A stretch of 40,136 nt of DNA, taken from Polymyxa betae A26-41. Its lineage: Eukaryota > Protista > Endomyxa: Phytomyxea. The position numbers were made by a program, and so were the translations under genes. The notes under the pieces were generated by a model. The model was given only the letters and a program-made list of their open reading frames with translations, did not search any database and was not told where the DNA came from. Location of the stretch: positions 1 to 40,136 of the forward strand of contig RBZT01000098.1 in the NCBI GenBank assembly GCA_003693705.1, read 5' to 3'. Positions within the stretch are counted from its first letter, which is position 1. Each line of letters begins with the position of its first letter. Of this stretch, positions 25,430-36,825 are shown one piece after another.

Positions 25430-26461
25430 ATGTTGAAGGGAGTTCTTCTGGTATCTGCAGTCATTGTGATTGCTCTGAGCACGGCCTCTGCCCGTACTGA
25501 CAACGGTATGTACAAACCCTAACCCTAACCCTACGGCTATTCCTTATACATCTACAGATGTGAATTCGGTCAGCACAGATGGATACGACTGGGAAGCGCA
25601 GACAACCTCACCCATTGAAGGAGAGCCTTCAGCCGCTCCAACAGAGGGAATTGGATCCTCTCCTCACGAGATTCTGGAGGCTGTCCTCTGCCATGCCCAG
25701 CCTGACCCAGCTCTAGAGGCAAAGCTCGCGGTGGTTAACAAGGCCCATTTCAGCATGGTCAAGGACAACCTCCGCCAGGAGCTCAAGCAGCGCCTGAGCC
25801 GGATCGTTCTCGAGCTCCCTTCGTCCCGAGACAGCTTCGTCCGCGACATCAAATGGCTGGTGGCGGCATGCAAAGATGCACCGCGGAATGTTTCCGTCCT
25901 GAGCGATCTGCTGACGGATGAGACGGCATCGCTGCTCCTGCATCGGCTGCTGTTGATCGTCGACGACGAACCCGACCTGGTCGTGGACCTGTTCGACGTC
26001 ATCGGGCCCATCAAATCCGTGGCCGAACTGACGCCCGGCTGGGTCGTCATCCTCCACGATCACCATTGGCTGCTCGTAAGCGATGACAGCAAGAAACGGA
26101 TGTGTCATCAAATCCTGAGCAAGACGCCCATCACCGACGCCTCTCCCTCAGCGACATTCCCGGCGCTATTCTCGACACAATCCTCCAGTACGAAGGCCGG
26201 ACTCCGGACAACCTTTCGATCCGGCGACGGCTGCCGGGCCCGTTCGCAGCAATCAAAAACGGGTCAGAATTCCGTGTCGCCAACAGCATCACCGTCCAGC
26301 ATGCGCCCCTGATCCGATCGCGGCCCGTACTGGCCCGAACGCTGTTCTTCCTCGGGACGCCCCTCCAACTGGACCTGATGTGGATCGCGGCGTTCACGGC
26401 CTCCGACCTGGAAACCCTGCTGCCGTTCGTCCTGTCGGTCGTATGCTGTGGCAGGTTCTGA
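25430..26461 (+). CDS. Secreted helical protein (effector candidate) with an apparent frameshift near 26140
   Basis: Exon 1 25430-25505 MLKGVLLVSAVIVIALSTASA is a signal peptide. The phase-1 intron 25506-25557 joins it to ORF 25560. Protein-like sequence continues in the shifted frame (ORF 26102-26461). Confidence 0.7.
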
Positions 26462-27821
26462 GATCCAGTCACTGTTTGACGACCCCAGAACCCATTGATG
26501 GAGAGGCCCCATCCACCCCAGAACAGGAAATCAACGATGTCTAACAGCAAATAAAATCAGCAATTCTGCTGTCAGGTATTTTCCGTGATAAAATGGCGAA
26601 TAAATCTGAAATTTGATGTAGAACCCCAATATCACCTCATCATACAAACTTTTATTAAGAAAAGTTGAAAAACGCTTCAGTAAGAAATTCTCAAAGAACA
26701 AGGTCAAGAAGAAGTCATTTTGCAAATTATCCGGAAAGATCCCCATTAGGTGATGGATATCTATGAGTTAGACATAGATGTGGATTCACAGATATCCCAC
26801 TTCAAATAGATGATGCAACTTCAAATTGGACACGAAAAGGCAGGCCATATTCGATGTAGAGTACACCTGAGGTTAATTGGATATAGAGCAGGATAATACT
26901 TCTAAGCATTGCAATTGATATTCCGAAACGATTGAGCATCAACTGATTTCGTGCACGTCGCTCAAAAACAAAATTGTGGAAATTTCGACGCAAGTACAAA
27001 AGACGAAGAATAGCAGATTTGAACTAAGCATTCTATAGACAAAAATCTAAGAAAGTTTCTAAGCGCAGGACATAAACACTGATGTTACAGATAACGAAAT
27101 GGAAGGAAAGCTGGACAACCAATAGGGATGGATTCTGAGGGGGAATGTTAGTCCATGTTAGATTAGGCAGGTGTCTATCATAGGTCCGGACATAGAAAGC
27201 CGAACACTGCTTAATCCTATACAAAACTGATGGAATAATGTCCATTCGGCAACTGAATAGTAGGAGATCCTAAAGTGACCATATTGTGTCCCTTAGGCCA
27301 TTTGTTAACGAACAGAACCGACTCTTCTTCCTTGATGAGAATCAGCGTTAATCCAAACCAATGAAATCACTCAGGTGCCGGTTCTGCTGGATTTGAGCAA
27401 ATCCAGAGGCAGGAGGTAATTGAGTGCAGCAGCTGCCATTACGATCTGTATAATTGGCTATACGAATGACGCATCCTGGCAAGGTTGTATCCAGATACCC
27501 ATAGAGGGAATCCACTGCAATTGTCATCCATAATGGATTCGTCTTTGAAGATTTCCTGCAAAGCGATCTAGCCAGCGATATCCGCCGCTCGCCAGTTATC
27601 TCCCGGAAGCAGAATGTGAACTTCCCAGATTGGGCCAGCTCGCATCCAAACCTCGAAACGATGGGCATTGAAGAAGGGCAGGAACTCGTAGACGGAAAGA
27701 AGAGCCTCTCATTGAATGTTCATGTTTTGAATCAGGCTTATCCGAATCACCTACAAAAACCCCAACATAACCAGTTGCCCAACAGGTGATATCTGCTACA
27801 CTAGATGATAAGTTTATTGAT

Positions 27822-28053
27822 CCACGACGCCATATGAACCATAGTATGACTTAGGGTTAGGGTTTTACATTTATCACCACTCACTCTTCTGTATTTCCTC
27901 TCATATTAAAGCATTCTCATCCACATGTTTGACTGGTTTATCACATCTTTTTGAGTGAGAATGCATAAAACGGTTTATGAGTGGAAATTACAGAAGGAGT
28001 GTGTGATGATAAATGTGAAAACGGGTCATTGGATGACCAATATGACGTCGTGG
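27822..28053. mobile_element. Fold-back/MITE-like long imperfect inverted repeat
   Basis: Left arm CCACGACGCCATAT..ATGAC..TTTTACATTTATCACCACTCACTCTTCTGTATTTCCTCTCATA pairs with right arm TATGAGTGGAAATTACAGAAGGAGTGTGTGATGATAAATGTGAAAA..GTCAT..ATATGACGTCGTGG. Confidence 0.75.
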
Positions 28054-28445
28054 GCAGGACAATTGGGTCAATCAATGTTAGGTTTCTAAGCTCACCGACC
28101 AACTGTAGCCGACGAATATCGATGTCTCATTCTACAGATTCCTCCGAATGATGGAATTGATGCCGGTAATTGCGGTACAGTACCAACATGATTGGTGCTT
28201 TTGGCGCTTTCAATGACAGTGTGGACAGATGAAGGTCATGAACTTTGGTCATTGTTTTTGCTATTTCGTTCAGTGAAGTTTTCCCAGAGCATTAAACATG
28301 GGAAACCGTTTAGGCTAGCAATCTAGCCACCAAGTTTGATATTGACGAAGAGCACGCATCCAGAGACAAGCAATCAAACCATCAGGATGACAGAAACGTC
28401 AAAATAATGTTTGAAGATCAAACGTAAAAGGTTTCTTAAGAAACT

Positions 28446-28517
28446 TCCGAAATAGTATAGTGGTTTAGTATTCGCCCCTGTCACGGGTGGGACCGTTGTT
28501 CAATCCCCGTTTCGGAG
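28446..28517 (+). tRNA. tRNA-Asp(GTC); T-stem has two mismatches
   Basis: Acceptor stem TCCGAAA/TTTCGGA, D-arm TAGTATAGTGGTTTAGTAT, anticodon loop CTGTCAC, T-loop TTCAAT, followed by a long oligo-T Pol III terminator. Confidence 0.85.
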
Positions 28518-28795
28518 ATGTTTTTTTTTGGGGAATCTGAAACCGAATATCAGTATTGTCAGAGTATCAACACGTGACGCAACCCTCTACTTGTCAATGT
28601 TAGATAGAGGCTTTCATCACGATGGAACAAGCGAGCTTGTGTGGCAGTTTCGCTATTCGCGAACCTTCAGAGATATTCTTTGAGCGTGTGACGGTCAGAT
28701 GAAGACGAAGGGACCTTGTTGTGGTGCCGCTGCCCGCTGCCGCTACCCTATGGCAGCTCGTTCCTGCCAGAACGATACCTCTGGTGCCACCAGCG

Positions 28796-30688
28796 ATGAC
28801 GATCCGCCCTGACGATGTCGCCGTCAAGATCGCTGATTCGCGACGTCGGCATACCTTCATGCTGCAAGGCGTCGGAAAGGATTTCACTGTCGACATTAAG
28901 GTCGGTTTCAGGCCAAGCGGTGTGATCGGATTACCGCCTTAATCGTCGACGATTTAGTATACCCCCATGAAGGTGCTTGGATCGGGAGCTTATGGTATAG
29001 TGGCAGCTGCATTTGATAACGATCTGGAAAGAAAAGTCGCAATTAAACAGGTTTGTCTTTTTTTCTCGCCTTATATCTGGTGTTAGGTTTTGCTTCAATC
29101 ATTTTGGTTAATCTGCTGATTGGTTCAGTCGATATTTGACCACTTTCTGCGGTTGTCTAAATTCATTCTTGACCGTAGCTGTAGGTTGCCAATGTCTTTG
29201 AAGACGAAACCGACGCCCTCCGTGTTTTACGAGAGGTTAAATTGCTGCGTCACCTTCGACACCCGAATATTGTGACATTGTATGATATTGAGCGACCGCT
29301 CACTATCGAACAGTTCCGCGATCTGTATCTAATTATGGAGCATATGGAAGCTGATCTGCATAAGTGAGTCTGGTCTTCTGTGGTCTGCAAGTTGCTTACA
29401 CAAGTTCAGAATTATTCATTCGAAACCGCGACAGTTGACTGAAGATCACATCCGCTACATTCTTGTACAGTTATTAAGTGGTGTGAAGCATATGCATTCA
29501 GCTGGTGTTATTCACCGCGATCTTGTATGGATCGTTTCAATGAATGCATCAACATGGGCTAAGCGTTTCGGTTGCTTAGAAACCGTCGAACATTCTATTA
29601 AACTCCAGCTGTGATTTGCGAATATGCGACCTTGGTATTAGACTTGACTCCATCTCTCCTCTCGAAATTCATCGCTTTTTAGGCCTTTCCCGTGGGCTCG
29701 AATCCAGTAGCGGCAAGAAAACACGATTGACAGAATATGGTAACTTCTCATTTATTACTTTGGATTTTGGTTTTGATTTGCCAAATCATCTGTGAGAGCT
29801 GTTTGCGTTTGTAGTCTTTCCGTGTTACCTTTATTATCGTGTAACTTTCTGCTACGTTTAGTTGTTACACGGTGGTATCGGGCTCCAGAAATTTTATGCT
29901 CATCGAACTATTCCTACCCTGTCGACATGTAGGCTCAATACGACATTTGTCTGCATTTTTTAACATCGACTTAGGTGGGCGATTGGCTGCATTTTTGCAG
30001 AGATGCTGCGTTGCGAAGCTCTGTTTCCTGGTGAGAATTCTGTTGATATGTTAAATCGAATTCATAAGGTACGACAACAGCATGATGAGGGTTTTTTATC
30101 ATTAATCTTGTCGATGTAGGTTTTCGGATCCAAGGAAATGAACGCTTTACGCGCTCATGCAACGCATCAGCGAGCGCACCAGTTTTTGGCAGACATGAAA
30201 TCATGCGACCCCATTCCGCTTGACCATGTTCGTAGCCGATGTGTTTCTAAGGCCCCGTTCTCCATATTCTGACCTTTGAATCTTTAGGTATGCTTTGGAG
30301 CTAGTCAGGAGGCACTGTCATTACTCGGCCGCATGCTTCGTATCTTGCCCGAAGAGCGCATCTCTATTGACCAAGCTTTAAACGATCCATTCCTGCAAAG
30401 ATTCAATTCCTGTCATATCGAAGCCGACGTAAGATTCGGTTGAATCCGCTTTCTCCATGCTGTTAATAGCATCACTATTTTCAGGTGGAGGTATTTCGAT
30501 TTGATTTTGAGAAAGAGGCTAAAGGCAAAGATACCATTCGTCGATTGATGTTCAACGAGATCCTAGATTTATCTGCCAAGAATTCTACAGTAAACCGTTC
30601 AGATGATGATGAATCAGGCATGGCTGGAGTCGACAATGTATGCGCTTCAATGCAAAATCTATCTGTTCGTCGCTCACGTTCTGGTTAA
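28796..30688 (+). CDS. Mitogen-activated protein kinase (TEY type), 11 exons
   Basis: The spliced translation has [56 protein letters not shown] and [12 protein letters not shown]. Ten GT-AG introns keep the frame. Confidence 0.95.
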
Positions 30689-31002
30689 TCAATGCTTGTC
30701 AGAATACTTAAAATATGATTGTTTAAATTAATACTTGAAATATTCTTGCCTTTCAGTAAACGCCATGAGCGATTTAATGTCGGTTTTCAAACAAAAGCTG
30801 GGATCAGACCACAAAGCCACTTCTGGTGAGAATATCACATAGCAACATAATCCTAGAGCGGTTTACTTTGATGTGAATGGTTGTGGACTATACAATAGCA
30901 GTTTAAAAGCAAAAATCAAGCCAGAATGTAAAAGATTATCTTCATTATTTAGCTTGTCAGAGCTGATCTAATTATATGAACGGCAGTCTGGCTGACTACT
31001 GC

Positions 31003-31923
31003 CTATGATTGGATATTACATGCGGATCCGCTCCAGCCTGATTCACAGATACAGGCTCCAGTTCCCGACTTGCCATCGTTGCAATGCCCATGTGGACCAC
31101 ACGGCACCGGACATAAGAGGCATTGCTTGCCCCAGTATCCAGACGCACACACCGAACAATCGGGGTTAGCATAACCATCATCGCATCGCGTACACTGTCC
31201 CGATCCGCTGTATCCGTCGTCGCATCGCATTCGCGCATTCGTACACGCGGGACACGGCTGACAATCGGAGCCGTACAGGCCGCTGACGCATTGGTCGCAG
31301 TGGAGGCCGTACTGGCCGGCGTGCGGGCATCCGCCGATCGGGCACTGCGTATTGCAAGTGGCCATGAAGCCGGCCACCGCGCAGAACGATTCCTGGATGG
31401 GTGAATGTCTCATGACCATCGCGCTGATGCCATACGCCCTTAAGCTCGAGCTCGTATCGTTCAGCCAGGATTTCAATCCGGCGTAGACTGAATCGAGATC
31501 GGCGACGTTCACGAACTCGACGGTGACCACCTGATTGTCGGCGCTGCTGCTGCCGACCACGCTGGTTGTCACATCCGGGAATCTTCTATTTAGCAGGACC
31601 TGGACCTGATCTCCTGATATGAAGCTGGTGCTGTGAAAATCCACCTGCCGATCGATATTCGGCGTCGTGTTGGAGATCGTGGGGTTCCATATCACCAGGA
31701 TTATGACAACAACGACAACGACGCCGGCCAAGATCAACAGGTTTCTTCTGCGGCGTTCCGAAGCGGTTTTTGGCTTCTTTGCCGGTGATGGCTCGATGTT
31801 TGCTGGAGGCGGGGAGTACGGCATGGAGATCGCATTAATCGAAGGCGGCGACGGTGGGATGATCCGCAGATCATAAGGTCGTGGTGGCCCCACCACCCCC
31901 TCAGGTCGCCCCTGATCCGCCAT
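31003..31923 (-). CDS. Type II membrane protein with C-terminal EGF/laminin-EGF-like repeats
   Basis: Pro-rich N-terminus, RRRR followed by a TM helix (LLILAGVVVVVVIILVIW), then Cys-rich repeats (CDQCVSGLYGSDC, CGPHGHCNDGKSGTGACICESGWSGSAC). First ATG at 31923. Confidence 0.8.
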   Translation of the reverse strand: MADQGRPEGVVGPPRPYDLRIIPPSPPSINAISMPYSPPPANIEPSPAKKPKTASERRRRNLLILAGVVVVVVIILVIWNPTISNTTPNIDRQVDFHSTSFISGDQVQVLLNRRFPDVTTSVVGSSSADNQVVTVEFVNVADLDSVYAGLKSWLNDTSSSLRAYGISAMVMRHSPIQESFCAVAGFMATCNTQCPIGGCPHAGQYGLHCDQCVSGLYGSDCQPCPACTNARMRCDDGYSGSGQCTRCDDGYANPDCSVCASGYWGKQCLLCPVPCGPHGHCNDGKSGTGACICESGWSGSACNIQS

Positions 31924-32302
31924 AGATTGAAATGTAACGAATGGCACGCGTGCCTAACAACATGCCAACCCTAACCCATATCAGGTTGTATCTGAGCCAG
32001 TTCTTGACTTCCACATCTTGACAAAGCGTCCTTCAGGCATCATCTTTGTGCTGTATTCATGATCCGATGCCGGAATGGCCCCGCTAACAAGCCTATTGAA
32101 CTCAGAAATTCTTCTGCTGAGAATCGTTCTCGAGCGATTTAGCGCAGCCCGGAGTCGCAGCCCCCTGCCTGTCTCGCTCGGGTCGGGCTTCTCGTCTTTC
32201 TTTGCAGGTCGCCCGCCGACTCTCATCTTTGTTGTCAGCATGGTGGCGACCAGGTCATTGAAGCGCGCCGAGTCTGCCCGCAAGCTGCAGTCCTCAGAAT
32301 GC

Positions 32303-34048
32303 ATGACCGGCGTCCTGCCCGCTTATGTCCTGATTCTGGCCCTGACCGTCATCCCACACTTCGTCGAAATCCCAGTTGCCGCTCAACTGATCCCGACTTC
32401 ACTTGTACTCTTGTATGCTCTGTTTTTGACTTTCTTCAAAACATTTCTTTCTTTTTTCAGCCTGTTATGCGTGTTATTACCTTTTTGCAATATTTTTGCT
32501 ACAGATTATTAGCTGCAATTACTTTCAAGCACTTTTAAGTGAATTGCAGCTATAATTAGAAGTCAATGCGTTCCTCTCACCAACGCTTTGTATTTCTATT
32601 ATCCCGTTTGTGGCTGTCTCGTTTTTGCGTTTTATTTCAGCTTGAACGTTTACCAGATCGTCTAAGTTTGGTTTAGATATGTTGGGTGCCACATTTCGCT
32701 TCGGAATCTGCATCGAGGTGGCAGTGAAGAAAGTCAGACAATTGGAACGAAGGATGCCTACATGGTTCCCGTCTTCGGCTCGATGGCACTTCTCTCACTT
32801 TACGCCGCTTACAAGTTCTTGCCGCCATACTATCTGAACCTTCTCGTCAACGGCTACTTCTTCCTTGTCGGTGTCATCTCTATGTCATCGAGCATCAAAA
32901 TGTGACTAATTTCTTATGTTCGGCTGTGGTTTCAATCTCGATTCTTACGAATTTTGCTGTCCTTTACCAGCTTGTTGACTTCGGTTCAGATTCAGCGGTT
33001 TCGCTTCTTTGTTATTGGGAATTTTTTCTTTAACTTTGTTATTGCTGTTCTCACCCTAATCGAACCGCTCAGATTGGTTTCGACTTTGCTCTGTCAGGAG
33101 AAGTTCAACTCTTTGAATGCCCCGATTATTCAGTTCCGGTTGCCTGCCATTTTGGCTAAGCTGCTCTGCGAGTCCAATAAGAAAGACGACGATCTGATTC
33201 AGATCTCCAAGCTCGATTTTCCATGTGCCTTTCTTGCATCGATCACCGCTTTCTGGTATATGAAGACAAAGAACCCGATGTCCAACAACTTGTTCGGAAT
33301 TGCTTTTACTATTCAAGCGCTGTCTCTAATCAGCGTTGATTCTTTCATGGCTGGCGCTGCTCTACTCTTGGGTCTATTCTTCTATGATATCTTCTTCGTC
33401 TTTGCCACTGATGTGATGGTATGTCATCATTTGTTTTCTGTTTGTTTGACAATTTTGGCAATGTGCAACTGTTTTATATTACATATACATTGCGTTTGGA
33501 TATCTTCTAGCTGTTCTTCAATCTGCTGTATTACAGTTTTTCATTATTGCAATAAATGCTCTTTGTTTGCAACAGATCAGTTTGTTAGGGTTCCAAGTTT
33601 TGTTTTTGCAAATTCTCCACTTCTTCTTGCACATTTCTAAATGTCTGTTCAGGTTACGGTAGCCACGAAATTTGATGCACCGATCAAGCTTCTGTTCCCG
33701 CGCGGTCTTGGCCAGCGCCCATCAATGTTGGGTCTGGGCGATATCGTCATACCAGGCATCTTCCTATCGCTTATGCTCCGTCTCGATCATCAAATTCATT
33801 GCAAGTCACGTCAGGCCAACACCTTCTCGAAGCCTTACTTCTGGTCATGTATGGGCGGTTATCTTATCGGTATTGCGGTCACGCTTTACATCATGTTCGC
33901 ATTCGAGCATGCCCAGCCGGCTCTTTTGTACCTGGTCCCTGGCTGCCTATTGTCGGTGATAACCTGCGGTCTTGTACGGCGCGAACTCATGACTTTACTC
34001 AAATTCAAAGACAATCCAGAAGTTGAGGATCGCGCGCATCAAGATTAA
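32303..34048 (+). CDS. SPP: Signal peptide peptidase (GxGD intramembrane aspartyl protease, HM13/SPP family), 4 exons
   Basis: Exons ~32303-32412, 32678-32901, ~33073-33418 and 33653-34048. Motifs KDAYMVPVFGS, LFFYDIFFVF, LGLGDIVIPG and QPALLYLVP. Confidence 0.93.
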
Positions 34049-34508
34049 ACCAATCTCTATCTTCAATGTCTTAAATTCTCTCTATACTTGTTGGTCTGGT
34101 GCATTATCTAAATAATATCACCGCTTGGGCTCATGAATGTTTTCAGTGCAAATCCATCAGCGGCATTTTTGGCAATCTGGTTTCACGTGCGTTGAATGAA
34201 GTCGAATAAGACTGGCTGCTTTTTTTTGCTGTTTATCTAATCATAAGCAGAAATCAGGAGGATCCTTGGTGGAGCTTTCAACACATTTTGATTGTTCCTG
34301 GTCAACTTTGTTTGCTTTGTTAAAGCAAGAATTGCCCAAGCTGTGGGCCGCAATTAACAGCTCGAAAGCTTCCAGTGAAGCTATGATGGCAGTATTGTGT
34401 CTGACAACCGGATAGGAGGAACCCACCATCAATTGGAATCGGATCGAATCGATTGGTATGACCCGGCGACTGTCATCTTTATCACAATGTCGCCAACATT
34501 CCAGAAAT

Positions 34509-34593
34509 GTGTTGGTGGCCGAGTTGGTCTAAGGCGCTAGCTTAAGGCGCTAGTTTCGTTCGCGGAGCGCGGGTTCGAATCCCGTCCGACACA
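34509..34593 (+). tRNA. tRNA-Leu(AAG)
   Basis: Acceptor GTGTTGG/CCGACAC, D-arm GCCGAGTTGGTCTAAGGC, anticodon arm CTAGC-TTAAGGC-GCTAG, long variable arm, GGTTCGAATCCC, downstream T-run. Confidence 0.93.
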
Positions 34594-34599
34594 GTCTTT

Positions 34600-34738
34600 T
34601 TTGTTTGGCCGCTCTGTCACATCTATCCTTTTCTTGATCAATCCTTTTGTTGATGGAATCGATTGGATACATCAATCCTTTCTTTCGGCCGCTCTGTTTC
34701 ATCAATCCTCTTTTTTGGCCGCTCTGTCACATCAATCC
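34600..34738 (+). repeat. Three degenerate ~30-bp repeats TTTGGCCGCTCTGT(CA/TT)CATC(A/T)ATCC
   Basis: Copies at ~34603-34628, ~34683-34708 and ~34714-34738, plus partial ATCAATCC units. Confidence 0.75.
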
Positions 34739-34826
34739 GGCTGCATTAGTCCCTGTCACGGATTGCGGCAATGACGAGTCCCTCGAACGTCATGTCGAAT
34801 TCCGTTGTCTCACTATCAAGTCAGTC

Positions 34827-36699
34827 ATGCTGTCTCGATCATTCCTGAAATGGGCCGCCATCAGCATAGGCATTGCGGTCGTGATCATGAACGCCGATCT
34901 ATCTCCGGCTCTGTCCGGTTCCTTGCCCGAACTTGCCGATCGCTTTGCTGGCCACGATGTAGCGCAACGACCCGAGTCATCGCTAATGGCCACATTGGAT
35001 AAAATGTTACAATTGGAAACCAACTCGCCCGAGTTGCGGGAGTTTGTTCAGACGAGCTTTAAGGCGCTGGCCTCTGTCGTAAGGTATGACCTGCGAAGAG
35101 CGGCCTCCGTCTCATACTGACACACGTTACCTATGTAGTGACCTGAATGTAACGGATCTGGAGATGGCGGCCGATTTCGTGGATCGTGCTTGGGTTGAGA
35201 ATATATTTCAGGATATCCACCATATCAACATGCTCTCTATCGCCTCCGCTCTTATGCGGCGTCTCAAGTACACCAGTTTTATCTCAATACGTTTTCCAAC
35301 TTTTCACGATTTTTTCTACAAAAAAATCTCATGTTTCTTATTTTTCCAAATACTTTTGCTTCTGTTGTATCTAACTTTTTGTGCTTTCTGGAGAGCCACG
35401 TTGTTCAAAGATTCTGTCTGTGTCACGTTACTGATAAACGTTACAGGTCTGTTACGGACACGGACGCCATCAATGCGCTGTGTCACATGCTGTCCCTCGT
35501 GGTCGCCTCACTGAATCGTAACAATGCGCTAAGTGCGGTGTTGAAGACGCCGGAATTCACCGATCTGGTCCAAGACGCGTTCGCGCTGGCCCGACGCCCG
35601 CTGTTTGCGATCCGTTTCGGACAGTTTTCGTATTGCATCATGGACGTCATCCTGGAGGTCATGCTGGGGACCGGGAACACCTTCTCCCCGCTGCTGGCGG
35701 ACCTGAAGAAACGCTACGACGAGTTCGAGATCGACGTTACCATGCTGACCGATATCATCCGGGACGTCCACTTCGATCGCGATGTCGAGTATCAGCTGCC
35801 GCTCGATTACGGGTACGACATGCGCGCCACGCAGATCAAGTTCTTCGCCGTCTCGGGGAGCGGATTACGGGACGGCGTGTGCCGGGCCGTCGAAGGCCTC
35901 TGGCTCACATGGGCGTCGTTTGTGCAACGTTTCAACCAGATAATGTCGCATTCGGAACTGGAGATGTTCGACGAACGCTGGCAACGGGTCATCCGCAGGA
36001 AAACCGTCGCACTGTTGCCGGAAGCGCGCTCCAAAACAGATCGCATCAGTCACGATTTGCAGCTGATTAACGATCCCGAATTGTGCGTGACTTTTCACCA
36101 ACTTTGCACTTTTCTACGCTCTTTTTTTTTCGTTTCTTCTTTCGCAGATTTTTTCTTTTGTTGTCTTTCCCGTCTTCCTTTTGCTGATTTTGGCAGCGTT
36201 TTTTTTTTAAGTTTCATTGTTTCGTTTCATAATTCTTTATTGTGCTAACTGCTCCTGGCAGGCGCGAGTCGCTCTTATCACTATCGGATCAGTTCACGGA
36301 ACCATCGGTGGAGACGGTCTCGGCCGTTGGCTCCCATCTGCATAGGTAACCGACCATTCACCACCGATCCGCGTCAATCTAATATCTGCTATCAGCTGCT
36401 CGGGCGACGATCTCGTCATTCTGATCCAGACCCTGGAGACATTGGTGTACCGGCTTCGGAGTCAGAACCCGGCCGGCGATCGCGCCATCGCCGATCTGTT
36501 ACGCTCACTCGATATGGAGCTGCGCCTCGCTGAACAAACCGCCGAAGCCGACAAATCGTCGCCCGAAGCCGTCGAGCTGGCTAAGGATGCTCCTATTCAG
36601 GCACCCAGGCATCAACCTACTGGACCCCGTCGTACGATTAGATGGAACTCTGAACTCGAACAAGTCCGTGAATTTAACAAATATGCGCCAGTCGCATAA
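34827..36699 (+). CDS. Secreted helical protein (effector candidate) with a C-terminal RVxF-type motif, 5 exons
   Basis: N-terminus MLSRSFLKWAAISIGIAVVIMNA. Four phase-2 GT-AG introns join ORFs 34647, 35086, 35331, an exon at ~36262-36345 and ORF 36442 in frame. The protein ends RRTIRWNSELEQVREFNKYAPVA. Confidence 0.75.
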
Positions 36700-36825
36700 T
36701 ACATTTATTCGGCGATTGTTTCGCGTGTTTCAAAATCGAAACGAGACCGACAGGATCATGGCGGTCTAACGACCTGGTTTTGCTTCACTCGTACAGGCCC
36801 GAGAATTCTGAAATTTGATTTGTTT

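Noticed and set aside
26500-27760. Degenerate protein-like minus-strand frames
   Set aside because: Many stops and no identifiable family, so boundaries cannot be supported.
31981-32304. 107-aa minus-strand ORF as a gene or first exon of the EGF protein
   Set aside because: It stops before any convincing splice donor, has no recognisable domain and occupies the divergent promoter region.
34600-34738. Spaced ~30-bp repeats as a CRISPR array
   Set aside because: Eukaryotic context, degenerate T-rich units, irregular or absent spacers and no cas genes.
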